A DNA stretch of 64,000 nt from Eledone cirrhosa (taxonomy: Eukaryota): NCBI GenBank assembly GCA_964016885.1, contig OZ024741.1, positions 230,578,001 to 230,642,000 of the forward strand. Direction: 5' to 3'. This document shows, piece after piece, positions 30,052 through 45,301 of the stretch (position 1 is its first letter; each line of letters begins with the position of its first letter). The notes beneath the pieces are model-generated. The model did not search any database and was not told the origin of the DNA. It saw only the letters and a list, made by a program, of their open reading frames with translations. The position numbers and the translations under genes were made by a program.

Positions 30052-30329
30052 GGTAGTTCGTTCGGAGCAAATGTTCTCACTATATATATATATATAATTA
30101 TATGGGGTGGGGGGCGTTTCTATGTGTATGTGTGTATGTATATATATTTATATAATCATATGTGGGTATATGTGTGTGTACATGTTTGCGTGCACATTTG
30201 TGTGTGTATATATACGTTTATATATATATATGTAAACATACTGTCAATTTTGCAGTTATAACTATTATTACTGTTGTTGATGCTATTGTTATTGTGATAG
30301 TTATCAAAAGCACTAAGAAAAAGATAGGG

Positions 30330-31333
30330 AAGGCCAATCATGGTCTGGCAGCCACAAATACCAGAGTGTCATTTTTCGTCGATGCCACCCCTAGTGACAA
30401 AGTAGCAGATCACTTTCGAAGTGCTTTAGAAAAAATAAACCTTAGGATTAACTAGTAGAAAAACCAGGAGCTACTATAAAATTCCGGATCAGTCGTACAC
30501 ACACCTTTACGAAAAACCTGTAATTATGGAAACTGTATATTCTGAAACATAACCCTACAGGTAAACTGTAAAACTAAAAAAATGTAGTCTATAGGATCAG
30601 ATGTACAGAGGGACATCACAGAAAAAAGACAACGCTATACACAAGAGAGTTAGGCTGTAGTATAGGAGAGAGATGAAAGGAACACTTATGGGAACTTAAG
30701 GAGGAGAAAAGCTCATCGGTGCTATAACAACATGCCAAACTACTACACGAGGGCTCAATATATAACATAGAAATAAAGATCCTTTCCACACATAGAACTG
30801 ACGCAACACTCAGACATATTACGGAGGCCACTCACATAATAGAAGATAATCCTAGTCTGAACTGAAAACACAATCAGAAAAGTAACAGCACACAACTTAA
30901 TTATTGAAGACAATAGATACACAAAATAAAAAGACACAAACGGTAAAACTGCAAGCGATTCAACCCCACCCTCCACACGCACATAAAACACATGTAGACA
31001 TGACACATACGAACACACACATATACACACAGAGACGCATGCACAGACAAGAAACACAAACAATGCACTACAAATGAAACATAGACAAGGTGGAGTAGAA
31101 ATTTAAGACCAGGAAAAAGAGAAGGCAAAAATACAGATAATTATTGAGGAGATCATAGAATGTGTGACATAAAACTTTGATTTGCAACTGAATAACGAAC
31201 AATAAGGTTAAAGTGAAACGTATATAGTGCGCGTGTTTGGCAATATTGGCAACATGACCACCCTCAAATGAAACAATATCGGTTTCAACACACGATCTAA
31301 CCCAAAGAATCATGCAGAACTATTACATAAACG

Positions 31334-31335
<2 letters not shown>
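30330..31335 (+). mobile_element. Decayed PLE 3' fragment
   Basis: Homologous to 8432-9339 and 28085-29270, including the terminus ggcaacatgacc...aacaatatcggtttcaacacacgat. Confidence 0.8.
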
Positions 31336-31389
<54 letters not shown>

Positions 31390-31398
31390 TTATATATA

Positions 31399-32855
31399 CC
31401 AGCAGAATAACCCAGCGTTGCTCGGGATTCTAAACATAGATGGGGATATTTATCCCTCCTTTCTGAAACAGTACAGAGAAGTACGGAATAGCTCGGCCTG
31501 GGAATGGTGTCTACATGTTGTGCTTATAAATAAAAATCGTCGTAGATTACTAGGGGTCTAACTTAATTGGGTGCCTGAGAGTAAAATGTTCAACCCACGA
31601 AAGCCAAGACGATAGGGTTAAGTAAAAAGGCATTCGACAAACCGATCATGTATTTGTTGTTCTATGGTACAATGAAGGCAATTGTTACAGAGCAGTAAGC
31701 ATGTGGGACTGCAGTGGTGGAGAGCATGAAGGAATTTAGTTGACTGTTTTAAGGTTACAGATCCTAACGCAACCAAATTGCTAAACAATGCGGTGCCCCG
31801 GCAAATATTTGAAATCTTTTTCAGTCAAGAAAATGTGTGAAAATTAAGTAATGCATATGCAAAGTTTTAAAAAAATCGGTTGGGTACTTCTCGAGTTATA
31901 GGCCCTAACGCAACCAAAATGCTTTAAAAAATCGGCTTTTCGCGTAATGCGGTCCCTGGAGTATAAAATGAGAAAATATTTTTGGCTCAAAACACTTTAA
32001 ACGATATAAGTAATGCAAAATTTGAAGAAATCGCCTGGATTATTTTTCCGTTATGTCTAAAATAAAATACTCACACCACCATAAGTATTACAAGTGTAAA
32101 GTTTGAAAAAAATCGGTTGGGTGGTTCTCGAGTTTTAGGGAAACAGACAGACAGACATTCTCTGTTTTATATATATACTAGCAGAATGGCCCGGCGTAGC
32201 TCGGGATGCTAAACATAGACTGGCATGTTTATCCCTCCTTTCTGAAACAGTACAGAGAAGTACGGAATACCTCGGCCTTGCGACCGTCGATTAGCAGATT
32301 CCACTGACGATTCGTTTGCCCGCCTTGTTGTTTTTCTTGCCGCTTTCGCAGTATTTCGGCCAATGGAGTATCTCTTCCTACGAGGCATGACCTAAAAGCA
32401 GGACGAGTACACTAAGACTAACTGGTAGAGTAAAGAGTAAACTCGTCAGTACTTTCCGAACCGTTGACTATGTAATTGCTGGCCTTGTACCAAAAGTAGT
32501 GGGACATTTTGGATGGTATATCGGCAGTAACAATGACGATAAGCCGTCTGTGCTTTCGTGAAATAAATACGTTTGTTTATATTTTGTTTTTGTGTATACA
32601 AAAATATCTGTACATGAATATATAATTACATATATATTAAAATAACAGATTAAAATTTAAGCAAAGAATCGTTGCTTTCACCCTCAACGGTATCTTCTGA
32701 AACTAAAAAAATCAATTTGTGAACGCAGAAGTAAATATTTCGAAAGACGTTGCAACCGAAGTAAAACAGGAAGACGATACTTTGGTTCGTGAAGACGTTT
32801 TCATAATGACGTAATGCAGACAGCCAGACAGCCAGACATACAGACATATATTATA
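31399..32855 (-). mobile_element. Two head-to-tail non-autonomous Helitrons (31399-32177, 32178-~32855)
   Basis: Each begins on the plus strand with c(t/c)ag-cagaat..ccc(g/a)gcgt.gctcggg (reverse-complement CTAG plus hairpin) and ends with (gaca)n and an AT-rich end. The first ~105 bp are shared. Confidence 0.7.
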
Positions 32856-34214
32856 AGGGCGCGAAGCTATAGCTATGTATCTATCTAAAAAGACAGACTA
32901 AGAAATAGCCATCGAAACGGATTGAGCTCTGCCGTCGGGGTCTTGAACATTTTCGTGCGTGTATATGAATGCATATACGAACAGAGCCACCCCGCAAAAA
33001 AAACTTGGATGCCCGTTTGGCAATACCTGACACCCTGGACACCCTGCCAACTTTACAGTGAAGTCAGGAGTTTGAAGTGTTGTGGGTAGTAAACTACAGC
33101 ACATAAATTCAAGTCAGAATCAATGGCGTATGTCCTCTGATGCTGAGCAGGAGAAACTCCTCCATCATCCATCAGTATCTAAATGTCAACTAACTAAAGC
33201 ATCTCATCTACAGGTGTGGCCTCCGTAGATGAGAAAAAGAAGAAATTCCACTGGGATTGAAGGAATTAGATCCGATGTCCCGGCGGAAACTCTGAAGAGA
33301 ATCTTAGGGCTTACGCGATAACCGCTCATCTCGCTTAGGTTTGTTTCAGATAATAATAACTGATGTTTAGAGAGAGGTACTCATGTTGTACATGTATTTA
33401 CTACTATAATACAATGATGTACAAATCTTTCTTACATGACCTTCTCTTCTGTCATTGTATCTGCTAAAGGTCCTACTGCAATGGCAAACTGGTGACGTGT
33501 GCAGACCTAATCAGTTAGAAGCAACAATTAAAAATCTGCGCATAGGTGGCAGGGGTCTTATCTCAACATCGTTGTTGTGTCTCCCTGTTAGAAGTACTAA
33601 CTTCGGTAGAGGAGTTTGTGTCTGAAGAGCCCTATTATGTAGAACACTGCTCACTCGGTGTATTGGGGAGTTGCTAGAAATGGTGCACTGAACATTGCCT
33701 GGCCCATTAACAGTGGTTAGTGCCCTGTGGATAAATGTGTTTCATGTCAGTAGGAGAAGAAAAGATGTCAGGCATGGTAAATTAATTCTAAAAGAGCGAT
33801 TAAGCATAAACTTTGTTGTTGGAATGTTAGAACAATTTTGGACTAGAATTCATCAAACCGACCAGAAGGAAGAACTACACTTGTAAATATTGAACTTAGA
33901 TATTGCAATGTAGATATTGCAGCCTTCTCAGGAACGCCCTGTGAGCTGTTGATCATTTGAACGATATATCATCTTGATATACACTTTTCTGACTTAGTAA
34001 GTCGAAAGGTGAACGTCAAAAATGTGGGGCTGATTTTTCTATCAGAACAATATTGGTAAAACATTTACAATGCCCGTCTATAATTATTGATTACATAAAG
34101 AGGCGACGTGTTCACTCTTGCGTAGACGCTTTGCGACAATCTTTTCAGTTTATACTCCAACTCTCCAAGTCAATGAAAACCGTGTTATAACTGTCTAGAA
34201 AACCTTTATTCTGC

Positions 34215-36402
34215 CATTATTCCACATAAGGAAAGGAGTAAAGATAGAGGAAAATAGAGTAGAAGGAGAGCTAGTTAGAAGACTAGAAGAGGCGTTTAGA
34301 GCAGGCATCGCAACCGTCGTGCTTGCGGCAAGAATGGTATTTAACCAATTCTTCAATGCAAAGCACGAATGTGAAAATCTGATCCTCGAAGACGATCAGC
34401 TGTCCGCACTCTTCAAGAGAACTTTCAGTCCGGGACCTATGAACAGCTTTCAGAAATCCCTGGCCTGGCAGTGCTAACTGGGAGCGTTGCCGGTTCGAGA
34501 TAAGATCTACAGGCACGGAAGTGCCGTCAGCCGAACCTGTCGGAGATGCACACAGAGCGACGAAACCGTTGTGCACGCACTCGTTCTGTGCCCGAGCATC
34601 GCTGACTTGTGGAGCTATGTCGAACATTTGTAGGACGGATCCGGTTATCGACTGAGTCCATTGTGCAGATAGCCCCACCGTCCTACTTTAAGGAGGAAGA
34701 AGGGTAGGCAGTTTTCTTCTGCCTGGTGGCCATGGCGAAAGACATTGTATGGTGGACAAGGTTGAAAGGATTGAAGACGGACACTTTCCTCTTTGGCGAA
34801 TCTCTGATTAACTTTTTCAAATTTCACTTGAAGAGGAAAATCAGGGTGGAGAGGAAAGTGCTGTCTTCTAGTAAGTTTGTTGAAAGGTGGGTGAAAGTGG
34901 CGAGTCTAGTCCGAATTAACGGGCCCGCTCTGAGTATGCGCCTGTAGGCTGAGGAGTGGAAAAGTGAGAGAGGGTGCTTACTCTGGTCGTCAGAGTGGCC
35001 GTGGCCTTTTTTGCGTTGTTTTCGGAACGTGTGACACCCGGAGGTTTCTGTTTTTTGAATTTTTTTAATTTCTAGCCCGATTTTGTTATAACCTGTTTAC
35101 CAGCCGTCCGGGAGCGGGGAGCGGAGTTGTTGTGCTTTTTCGGAGAGGCTTGGATCTCGCCATACGTGCCATCTTCCTGGAAACAGAAAGTAAGTCGATG
35201 GTGCTGGACGTGACCGGCAGCGAAGGCAGTGCTTTCAGGCTAGTAGCCGTCTACCCCCAACGGGGGCAGGACGGCCAGATTTCTGCAGACGTCTAGCAAC
35301 CTTTCTTGGAACGTCCCGCTCTTTAGTGTTAGTGGGTGACTGGAACGGTTTCTTAGATGCACGCTGGGATTATGTGGGGCTAGTAAATAAGGGAGGAGGA
35401 TGTAAAAGCCTTACCAACCTGCTTAGACGTGTTCAACTGTCTGACAGGTATCGATTGGATTATCCGAATGTTCCAATGTGGACATGGTCAAACTGCAACG
35501 TGTCATCCAGATCGTATCTAGATAGAGTATTGTGTAGGAAAAAAGATAAGGCTAGCGTAGGTTGTCCACAATTTAAAGTAGTCGGCTACTCGGACCACAC
35601 ATTTGTGATCTGTGAAGTCGACTTAGATAGAGTTCATAGCCATGAACCTGTTTACTGGAAGTTGAATGCGTCTTTCCCGGTGCGTAAAGCTTAAAGAGAC
35701 AGGAGAAGCGAATTATTTAAGCATACGTTGACGAGTGCGATCGTCAACAACAGGTGGTGTTTTACCCGGAAAAGGTTAATTAGAGTAGAATCAATAAGGT
35801 TTAGCAAAGAAGTAAAGATAGAGGAAAATAGAGTAGAATGAAAGCTAGTTAGAAAGCTAGAAGAGGCGCTTAGGACAGGGATCGCAACTGACGTGCTTGC
35901 AGCAAGATTGGCACTCGACCAATTCTTCAATGGAAAGCACGAAGGCTGCGTTGTCAGAGCTAGAGCGCGTGCTCTGAGACAAGAGGGGACAAAAGATGTC
36001 CAATGGGCCCGATTGGTGGAGGCGCGACGTGGCAACAAAGCCATAATTCAATCCTTGCCTGACCAAAAGGGCACATGATACTCGAACACGAGCAGATGTG
36101 TGAGGCTTTTCAGCAGCACTCTGCTCAAATGTTTGAGAGCGGCGGCGGGCCAGATCGGAGTATGAACTTCAGTGAATACCTTGAGGGACTGCCGCAGCTC
36201 TTGACGTCCGGAGTGCAGTATTGCGAAAAGCCGATAACAGCTGGTGAAATACGGGAAGCGATGTCTGACTGCACGAGTGGTAAATCGCCAGGTTTAGATG
36301 GTCTGCCATACGAGCTTTATGCGTACATGCCAGACTTGTTCGGCGACCTCTTGGCAGATGTCTACTGCAACTGGCAGCAGAACGGGAGCATCCTCAATTT
36401 TG
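34215..36402 (+). mobile_element. L1/Tx1-clade fragments (a 3' end, then endonuclease to RT start)
   Basis: LVGDWNG.LD, SYLDRV, SDH, YWKLNAS, KSPGLDGLPYELY. Confidence 0.85.
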
Positions 36403-39400
36403 TTCTGTTCCTTTCTTGATCATTCCTAGTCCTCCCACAATCACTGGTATTTTAACGGCCTTGAGGTGCCACATTTTCTCAATTTCAATACGCAGATCTT
36501 TATATTTTCGTAACTTCTCAAATTCTTTTGCCACGATATTGTGATCACATGGGATGCTCATATCTATCAATAAACAGACCTTGTTATGTTGATCTTTTAC
36601 AATGATGTCAGGTCTATTTGCTTTTATGGTCCTGTCAGCATGTACAGGAAAGTCCCAGAGAATTGTTACTTTTTCTCCATCAGTTACAGCTTCAGGGTGA
36701 TGATTGTACCATTTGTCTTCAGCTTTGATCTTGGGCAGCTAAGATGAAGCCTTCACTCTCCGCCTTTAACCCTGAACTACGTAGCCACTGATGGGTGTGC
36801 TTTTGGTCAACATCAGCTTGTTTGCTACGGGCCACATATTTGCCATGCAGATGTTTCTGCTCCTAATTTGATGCTAATTGTCCTTGCCCTTTTGCTTTTG
36901 CCAGTGATTTTATGTGCCTAGCAGCATCAGTTGCAACAGTTTCTTTAGTCTGTCCAGCCTGTGTATCAAGCATGAGATCAGTAGCATATTGTTTGCTCTC
37001 GTTCAAGATAGAATGAAGCTTCTTACTTCTCTCATGCTTTTCAACAAATTTCAGCATACAGTCGTTAGTTGTTTCAAGGTATTTGGCCAGTCGAATGATG
37101 GTGGTCTTGTAAGCAAGTTCAAATTGGATCAGACCACGTCCTCCTTGAGTTCTAGGAAGGTAAAGACGATCCACATCTGCTTTTGGGTGGTGCATCCTAT
37201 TACAGGTCAGTAGCTTACGGACTTTGGTGTCGATTCTTTTGATTTCACTCATATTCCAGTTCAACACACCGAAGCTATAAGTGACAACTGGGACTGTCAA
37301 GGAATTTATGACTAGCACCTTGTTACGGGCGTTTAGTTCTGATCTCAGAACTGCACGTACTCTCCTGTACCATTATTTCCTTATCCCCTCTTTCATACTT
37401 GCATGCTGTATGCCAGAGCCCCCATTAATCCCTAAGTATTTATAGGTTTGTTCCTGCTCAAGTTCCTTTATGATTGTTTCATCAACCAATTCAACTGAAT
37501 CTGAGTTGACAAGCTTCCCCTTCTTGAAAGTGGCTTTTGCACAATTGTCAAGTTCAAACTCCATCCTGATGTCATCGCTAAACATTGTTACTGTCCGCAA
37601 AAAGCCTTCCAGTTCGTCATCACCTTTGCAATATAGCTTCAAATCATCCATATAAAATAGGTGGCTTATTTTTTGTTGTCAATTCTATAACAGTACCCTG
37701 TTCAATTAAGTTCGGATGTAAGGGGTATTAAAGCTATGCAGAAAAGCAAGGGTGAAAGTGAGTCACCTTGGAATATACCAAAGTTGATGTTTATATTCCT
37801 AGAGCACAGTACGCCAGTGGAATGAGACAATTGGATATTTGTGTTCCATAATGACATATTGTCTTTCAGGACGTTTGAGATCAGAGGTGAGATTTTGAAG
37901 ATGTCCAGTGATTTCAGAATCCATGAGTGTAGTATTCTGTCAAAGGCTTTTTTATAATCAATCCATGCAGAACTTAGATTTCTGTGTTTATTATGACAGT
38001 TCTCAAGGATCATACGATTAATCAAAAGTTGATCTTTGCAACCATATGAACCTCGTCGGCACCCTTTTTGTTCAATGGGGAAAAGATTGTTCTCCTCCAA
38101 AAACACGTATGCTTTTTCCATGAGAATAGAGGTTAATAGTTTATAAGTTGTCGACAAGCAGGATATGGGCCGATAGTTTTTTGGATCTTTGGTTCCGTTG
38201 GAGGGGGGGGGTCTTCAATAATTATTTTTTTCTTCCCTACTTCTCTATAAAATGACTTGGTATTGGATGAGAATAACTTATTTTGCCTGTAGAAGTTGTT
38301 TCCCTTCTCGAATCTTCGAATTCGTTGGGCTTTTACTTGGAATTTTTGTTTCAGAGATTCTTTTGTTGAAACTATTGCATTTCTAGAAGACAGCCCATAT
38401 TTTCTCTTTAGCTTTCTTACCTTCTTGGATCTTATATAATTTCCAACGGTTAACTCACTCAATAATAAAGATATTTCTCTTCTCATTACGTCAATGTCCT
38501 TTTCAATTCTACGCCTCCAAATTGGGTTACCTCGAACGTTCGACTTTTTTGTTGTTTTTGTGGTAAACAACTTGTTTCAATTACTCTAGCAAATGCATAA
38601 ATGATTTCATTTAACTCAGTAAGATCAGGTTTCACTTCTTCTATGATTTCCTTTGTCACAGAATTACCAATAATTATTTGTTTTCTATTTTGGATTGTAT
38701 TTGGGAGTTTTTGAAGTGGTTCTCTATCATTTATATAAGAATGTTTTACTACTGCAAGCTCATTCAGTATTTTTTGCTTTAATTCCTTCATAGTCTCCCC
38801 CTGTTCTTCAGCAGATGTTTGGTTTTCAATTACTCTTTCTAAGTCCCTCTCCTGGCTATTTTCAGCGGGTTCAATAGGGGTTCTCATTTCTTCAAACCTA
38901 TTTGCGATTTGGTCAGATGGAGGTCTTTCCGTAAAGACTTGTGACTGGTTACTATCTCCAGGAGATTCTTCAGTTCTTTCATCATTTATATTTATGTCAT
39001 TCTCCACAGCCTGCTTGATCGCAGTTAGTTCAGTGTCTGTGAGTCTATTATTTCTGAAGATATACCTCCTTACATTTGCCAACTTATTTCCATCCATATC
39101 ACGTCTGCTAGCTTGATTCCGAGTTTTACAGATTTTGTAGGAGTTTAAACTGTGTCTGTCTCGTGATGGCTTACCTAATGCATGGTAAAAATCATATATT
39201 ACTTCTTTATATCCTTCTCGGGTCCATTTCTTCCCTTTAGGTTTTTCTTTTTGGGGTGGTTTGGGTGGTGGATCTGTGATCAAGTGACCATCCAGGTCCA
39301 TAATTGGAGAAGAGTTTGTGCCAGAGGAGGACTTTTCTATCTCAGGTTGGCACCTTCCTGTGAGACGCGCTTCCTGATAGGAAAAGCGATTTGGTATTGT

Positions 39401-39515
39401 GTATTAATTTTTATTTGTTCATCTCGCAGTACAAGCTTGCGTTACGCATGGTATTGGACGTACATGGAAAGCTGCCCGGCTCTTTGGGTAGTGCATTTGC
39501 TGGCTGGCACTGAGA
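36403..39515 (-). mobile_element. R4/Dong-like non-LTR retrotransposon, degenerate
   Basis: EQKGCRRGSYGCKDQLLIN, AWIDYKKAFD, GIFQGDSLSPL, MDDLKLY, YKYLG, DVDRLYLPR.QGGRGL, LWDFP..ANRPDI. The 5' end abuts decayed (ATT)n. Confidence 0.92.
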
Positions 39516-39689
39516 TCATTATTACTATTATAAAAGTACAGTTATGGTCATTGCTGTTGTTGATTGAGGTGATATTATTATGGTTGCTGCTGTAAGAAGT
39601 GTACGAGAATTTTCTCAACTGTTCTTGTGGTGTGAGTGGTGTTGGTGATAGTGGCAGGGAGGTTAATGCTGGGGGTGGAGTGGCAAGTG

Positions 39690-40085
39690 CTGACTTCTAG
39701 CAAGTTTGTTGAAAGGTAGGTGAATGTAGCGAGAATGGCCCGAGTGAACGGGATCGTTCTGAACATACGCATGTAGTTTGGGGAATGGTAAAAAATTGAG
39801 AGAGGGCGCTTGCCCTGGTGGTCAGGGTGGCCGTGGACTTTTTGTGTGGTTTTCGCCACGAGTAACCCTCGGAGGTTACCCCCTATTGGGGAATTTTTTA
39901 TTGTTTGAATTTTCATTTTTATTGTTGATATATATATATATATTTCTATGTCTTTTTTCTTTTTCGTTTCTTATATAAATAATAAAAATCTGTACACGCA
40001 CAAAACCCACATTGTACCGTCCTGTACCGTCCTGTGCCGTCTGTAATGTTTTTCTTGATATCAGCACTTGTGGCCAATAAAGAAA
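39690..40085 (+). mobile_element. L1/Tx1 3' end and UTR
   Basis: Matches 34850-35090 and ends in aataaagaaatc. Confidence 0.75.
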
Positions 40086-40233
40086 TCATCATTATTATTA
40101 TAATATATATATATATGATTTTTGCATTCCTGATGATGGGCGTAAGCCCGACGCGCCGAAATTTCTTTCCTCTTTCCAATATAAAGCGTGAAACTAATAA
40201 GACTAATTGTACCTCTGTTTGTTGTCTCGTTGA

Positions 40234-40296
<63 letters not shown>

Positions 40297-40299
<3 letters not shown>

Positions 40300-41238
40300 T
40301 ATTGAAGTTTCCGTTGAAAATTGAAAAAGTCATAGGAGTGAAGAATGCTCTATGTAAGTACCAGAGCAAAATTTAATTATAAAAAACAATACAATATAAT
40401 TACCTCATTACCAGAGGTTTTCCGAATAAGACGAATACGAAAGAAACGTCTTCATTCGTTCGTCGGACGAGGAAATATGAAACATAGTGAAATATTTGGA
40501 AAGTCTCCTGAAGAAATGCAAACAAAATTATATATATATTAATAAAAGTAATGCAATAGACATATAAAATATATAATAACATTTTAAAGGAAATATAGTT
40601 AGGTGTGTGTATATGTATGTATATACACTCACAGATGTACATATGTATGTATGTACAAATGCGTGTGTATAGTGAACATGTGTGCGTAAATATATGTATG
40701 AGGGCAAGTATATCTGTGTATATGTAACCACAAACACAGACATAATATGAGTGATGGTTGACAGGTATACAGAAAACAGGGTATTAGATACATTATAAGA
40801 ATATGAAGGCACGCGTATAAGCACACACACACGCGCGTACACTTATATGTGGAAGAAAAAGAGGTAAAGGAGTGTAATAGTTAAAAGAAAGTGTCATTCT
40901 CGATATATTTATAAAAATGGAACAATAATTTAGAAAGAAAAAATTGCAAAGTAAAGAAAAGAAAACAAACAAGGTACACGCGTACATACACATATATCTA
41001 TAAGAAACATATATCTATAAAAAAAAAAAAAATATATATATATATACACGCAATACGTGCAGACAAAAGCGTATGCAAGCGTACATACACACACAGGATG
41101 CACGTATATATATACATACACATCGCCCATGTATATCTAATCACACGTACGTACGCGACTGCATACACATACACATATACACACATATAATTATATATAT
41201 ATATACATACGCACACATACACATGCATACATGCAGTA

Positions 41239-41274
<36 letters not shown>

Positions 41275-42335
41275 TACACTCACGCACATTGACCCGCTTA
41301 CATGCACACACATAAAAATAAGAATGTAAAAAAACATAGATGTAAAAACACATATAAAAACACACATACATACACATGTATATATACACGCACGCGCGCG
41401 CACATACTGAGGCGTTCGTGTACATATACAGAAAATATACACACATAAAGACGCTCAGACACATAGATACAGGGTGTAAAGCAGCCTTATGAATAAGTGA
41501 GTACAAATATAAAAATATAAAATTGGCTGCGAAATAACAGAAAATATCTGGAGTGGAAAACGCAAGTGACTTTGTAATCAGGTAGTGAAGAAAATAGGGA
41601 AGTAAAAAGTGGAAAGTGAAGATATTAGGTAAGTGAATCGGAGAATAAAGGGAGGGGGGTGGTAGTGGTGGATGTGAAGTAAAAATAAAAATAAAAATAA
41701 AAATAAAAATAAAAATAAAAATAAAAATAAAAATAAAAATAAAAATAATAATGAGGTTAAAATTGAAAGTAAATAAAAAATGGTAGTCTTTAAAGAGTAT
41801 AATTTAAGTGAAGAATAAGAGCTTATGGAGGATAAGTATCTGAAAGTGTGTTAAGTTTATATGAGCTGGAAAGCAGGTGTGATTTCATGTGTGGGCAACT
41901 GGTAAAAATTTCTTTCTTTGTGTTTAGGCAGGTCTTTGGTGATTTAAGGTTTTGCAAAATCCAATATTTTTCATTTGTGCAGAGCGTGCATTTTCTTGAT
42001 CCTCTTGCATATTATTTAGATTGGTTCAAAATTGACCAATCCAATTTATATTGGATACCTTGGTCTTTCAAATCCCATATTCTGCTAGCCAGAGCTGTTG
42101 TGAATCTTTTTTCTGGATGTCGAAAGGATGCGACATGTGAGTAATAACGCGTTTTGAATTTGTCTTGCGTCATACCCACGTATCATTCACTGGTGGCTGG
42201 TTGGTTGTTGCTAATGGTTGTCACTTTAGCCGCATATACAATGGCTTTGATGTTGCATTTACCTTGTAATGGGCATTCACTTTTGATTCTACAGGAGCAA
42301 TGTTGATGTTCTCTAGGTGATTTTTTGTTGATGAT
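40297..42335 (-). mobile_element. PLE 3' fragment: GIY-YIG (41860-42330), UTR and pseudo-LTR with decayed hammerhead (40403-40472)
   Basis: CSCR.KSECPLQGKC..KAIVY.A.V, YVGMT..FKTRY..H..SF.H, CTLC..EK. (TA)n on both sides. Confidence 0.8.
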
Positions 42336-42350
42336 ATAAGATTTATATAT

Positions 42351-42458
<108 letters not shown>

Positions 42459-42469
42459 CATCATCATCA

Positions 42470-43480
42470 TGGTTTAACGTCCATCTTCCACGCTACCATG
42501 TTTTAGACGGTTTGGTTCCAATTGATGCGGGAATGGTCGGAGACTATGTCTCACTCGCACGGAAGCGTCTCTGGCAGGTATTTTTTACAGCTGGATGCCC
42601 TTCCTAACACCAACTACACTTACAGTGTGGACTGGGAGCCTTTACACGGCCACTTTACTGTGTAGACTGTTATGTGATCGACACAGTGGACGGAACTGGA
42701 CAGGAATGATGGGGTAGGGGTGGGAGTGGGATGTACATTAGTCTAAGAGGTGCCTTCTGACTATAGGTTTGTATACAATGGCAGCCGCGTCTTCTGTAAA
42801 ACTGCATGGCGCCAAAGGTCCCGATCCAAAGTCATTGTCTTAGAGAGGTGTAGGTGAACAAGGTCAGTTTTTATCACCTCGTCCCAGGTTTTTCTTTGTC
42901 CACCCACTACATATCTTCCATCAATTTTCATTGCCCTGCACTTTTTTATACAGCTGTCGCTCTTCATACGCATCACATGTCCATACCAATGCAGTCTTCT
43001 CTCCAGAACACAACATTTGATACCTCTTATGTTTTGTCTCTCTCTTAGTTGGTTTGCGTTTCACCTTTCGCGCACATTACTATTACACAGCCATCGGATC
43101 ATGCACGATTCATTTCTTTCTAATCTTCAGCACGCAATGCCCAAGTCTCACTACCATGTAATATCGCCTTTCGTATACATGCATCATACAATTTGCCTTT
43201 CATTTTAGAGAAAAAAACGCTTGTGGCCAACAGCGGTATTAGCTCTCTGAACTTTTTCCATCCCGCTTTAACTCTGGCTACTACACTTTCAGAGCACCCG
43301 CCTCCACTGCTGATTTTGTCACCCAAGTAACGGAATGTGTCTACTATTTTTATACAACGAACTGGACAGTTGAAGGAGATAGCATCTAGTGGGTCCTTGC
43401 TACATACTGCACATGAACATCGGCCACATATAATATCTACATCCTTAGATAGCTTACCTGTGATCCCACTACATCTTTTA
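42470..43480 (-). mobile_element. RTE LINE 3' fragment
   Basis: GDKISSGGGCSESVVARVKAGWKKFREL, LHGSETW, KTWDEV. (CAT)n tail. Confidence 0.85.
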
Positions 43481-45301
43481 TGTACCCATATATATATATA
43501 TATATATATAAATCATGAACATCAATTACCATAAAATCAACAAAACAACAACAGCAGCCGGCACAAATCAGCAAGTAGAAGATCATCCACAGCAAGGGCA
43601 AGAGCCACTCCTCAATTTCAGCACTATAAAAAAAGACTTATTAAATGACAGGGTCACCAGTTCTTCACATTCAGATTCCCATTCACCTCTTTCAGTGAAT
43701 ACGTTAAGAGACCAACCACAACAACCAGAACAATTGTAATCATGATGATGATGATCATCATCATTATCATCATCGTCTACTGCTACTACTATTAACATTT
43801 CTACCAACTCCCCTAATAATAAACCACTGCTTTTTCCATCTGGATCTCCACAATACCATCAACATCACCAAATAGTATGTCGAACGTTAAAACTTGCGTA
43901 ACACGGAATCATAAATTCTGCCGTTACTCCCAACGCGAGATTATGTCTGCAGCTTGATAGTCCCTTTATTTGTCTTCCACGGATTCGACGCACTAATAGA
44001 AATGGACCTCCAAGCCAACATCTAGCCCAATAAAATAATCCCCTACTGCAGTAATGACGGTTAAGACATTTCATGAAGGTACAAAGGAGCAATTAAAACT
44101 AGAAACTACAAATTCATCCATCTGTGCACCCATACCCCCAGTCGGCGACAGCTCAGTAAACAAGAACACATTTTTTTAGCCATGATGAACTTGGCAAAAA
44201 GGGATAGAAAACCTTCTAACTATCACACAACAAAATCCTCTGCTATTAATCCAGAGCACTAACTACCCCTTTGCTGTCACTAACAAACAAACACAAAACA
44301 ATGCCCCTGAATCATTCAAAACCAGGTACTACTCTAGTCTCAACACTTTTCCGCAATGCACAAGGTGTCACCTCTTCCACCAATGCATAGAAGTGGAAGG
44401 CCCATTCATGGAGGATTATGGTAACAACCATCCATGCCACACATATTTCTTAATTCTGACCGAAACCCATATCAATAACTCCCACTTGGAAGCCCATGAG
44501 AAGGAGAAGGATATTATAGCGATTGGCGTGGATCGTGTCTGCAGATGGAAGGTAGGAACTGCCATTTTCCTGCATAATTTCTTTACGGCAGACGGAAAAA
44601 ACATATTCTGTGAATCAGTCAATGTGCAGAAGACAGCCTAACATTTAAATAGAGGTTGGGCTCTATAAACTACATCAAATGTCCATAATGTGCTTCAAAG
44701 AATGCTTCAATAGCATTAAGTGTTTTATACAACAGTGGCATTCAGGTAACATACTAATGATGAAAGATTTCAAGTTAGCCTGTGTTGATTTGTCTACAAA
44801 ATGTTTGAAACTAGGTACTTCAACTTAAACCACTGACTAAGAAGCATTAAAGTCATTTATCGACTTTATAGATGATGTTTTCCTGTTTCAAATTGGTCTT
44901 GAGCCAAGAAGTTATATAAAAAAACAACAACTTGGGTCTTATGTTTAGTAACCACACTAAAATTATACACAATATTACAGTGGAAAACAACCCTTCTCTC
45001 AGATCATGACATGGTTCTCTGTAACCTGAGATGCCACCCAATAACCTCTCTCTAGTAAACCCATTTGAAAAGATGGATATTTATAATGCAATCAGGGGCG
45101 CAATCAGTAACGATCTATCTCATGTTGACTGGTCTTTCCCATACGCATCTTTACCAACATCAAAATGTACTGGCAGTTATTTGTAGATGGTGTTACACAC
45201 ATGTGCAAAACATAGCCCATCACGTATAGAATCCCCCAAAACAGAAAAAAAACTTTTATACATGCAATAACCAGATAAATGTAACTATCTTTTTTTATCA
45301 G

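Noticed and set aside
39515-39690. G-rich decayed (ATT)n tract (also 27200-27460) as further A-to-G hyperediting
   Set aside because: No reference copy or partner arm in the window, so the direction of change cannot be established.
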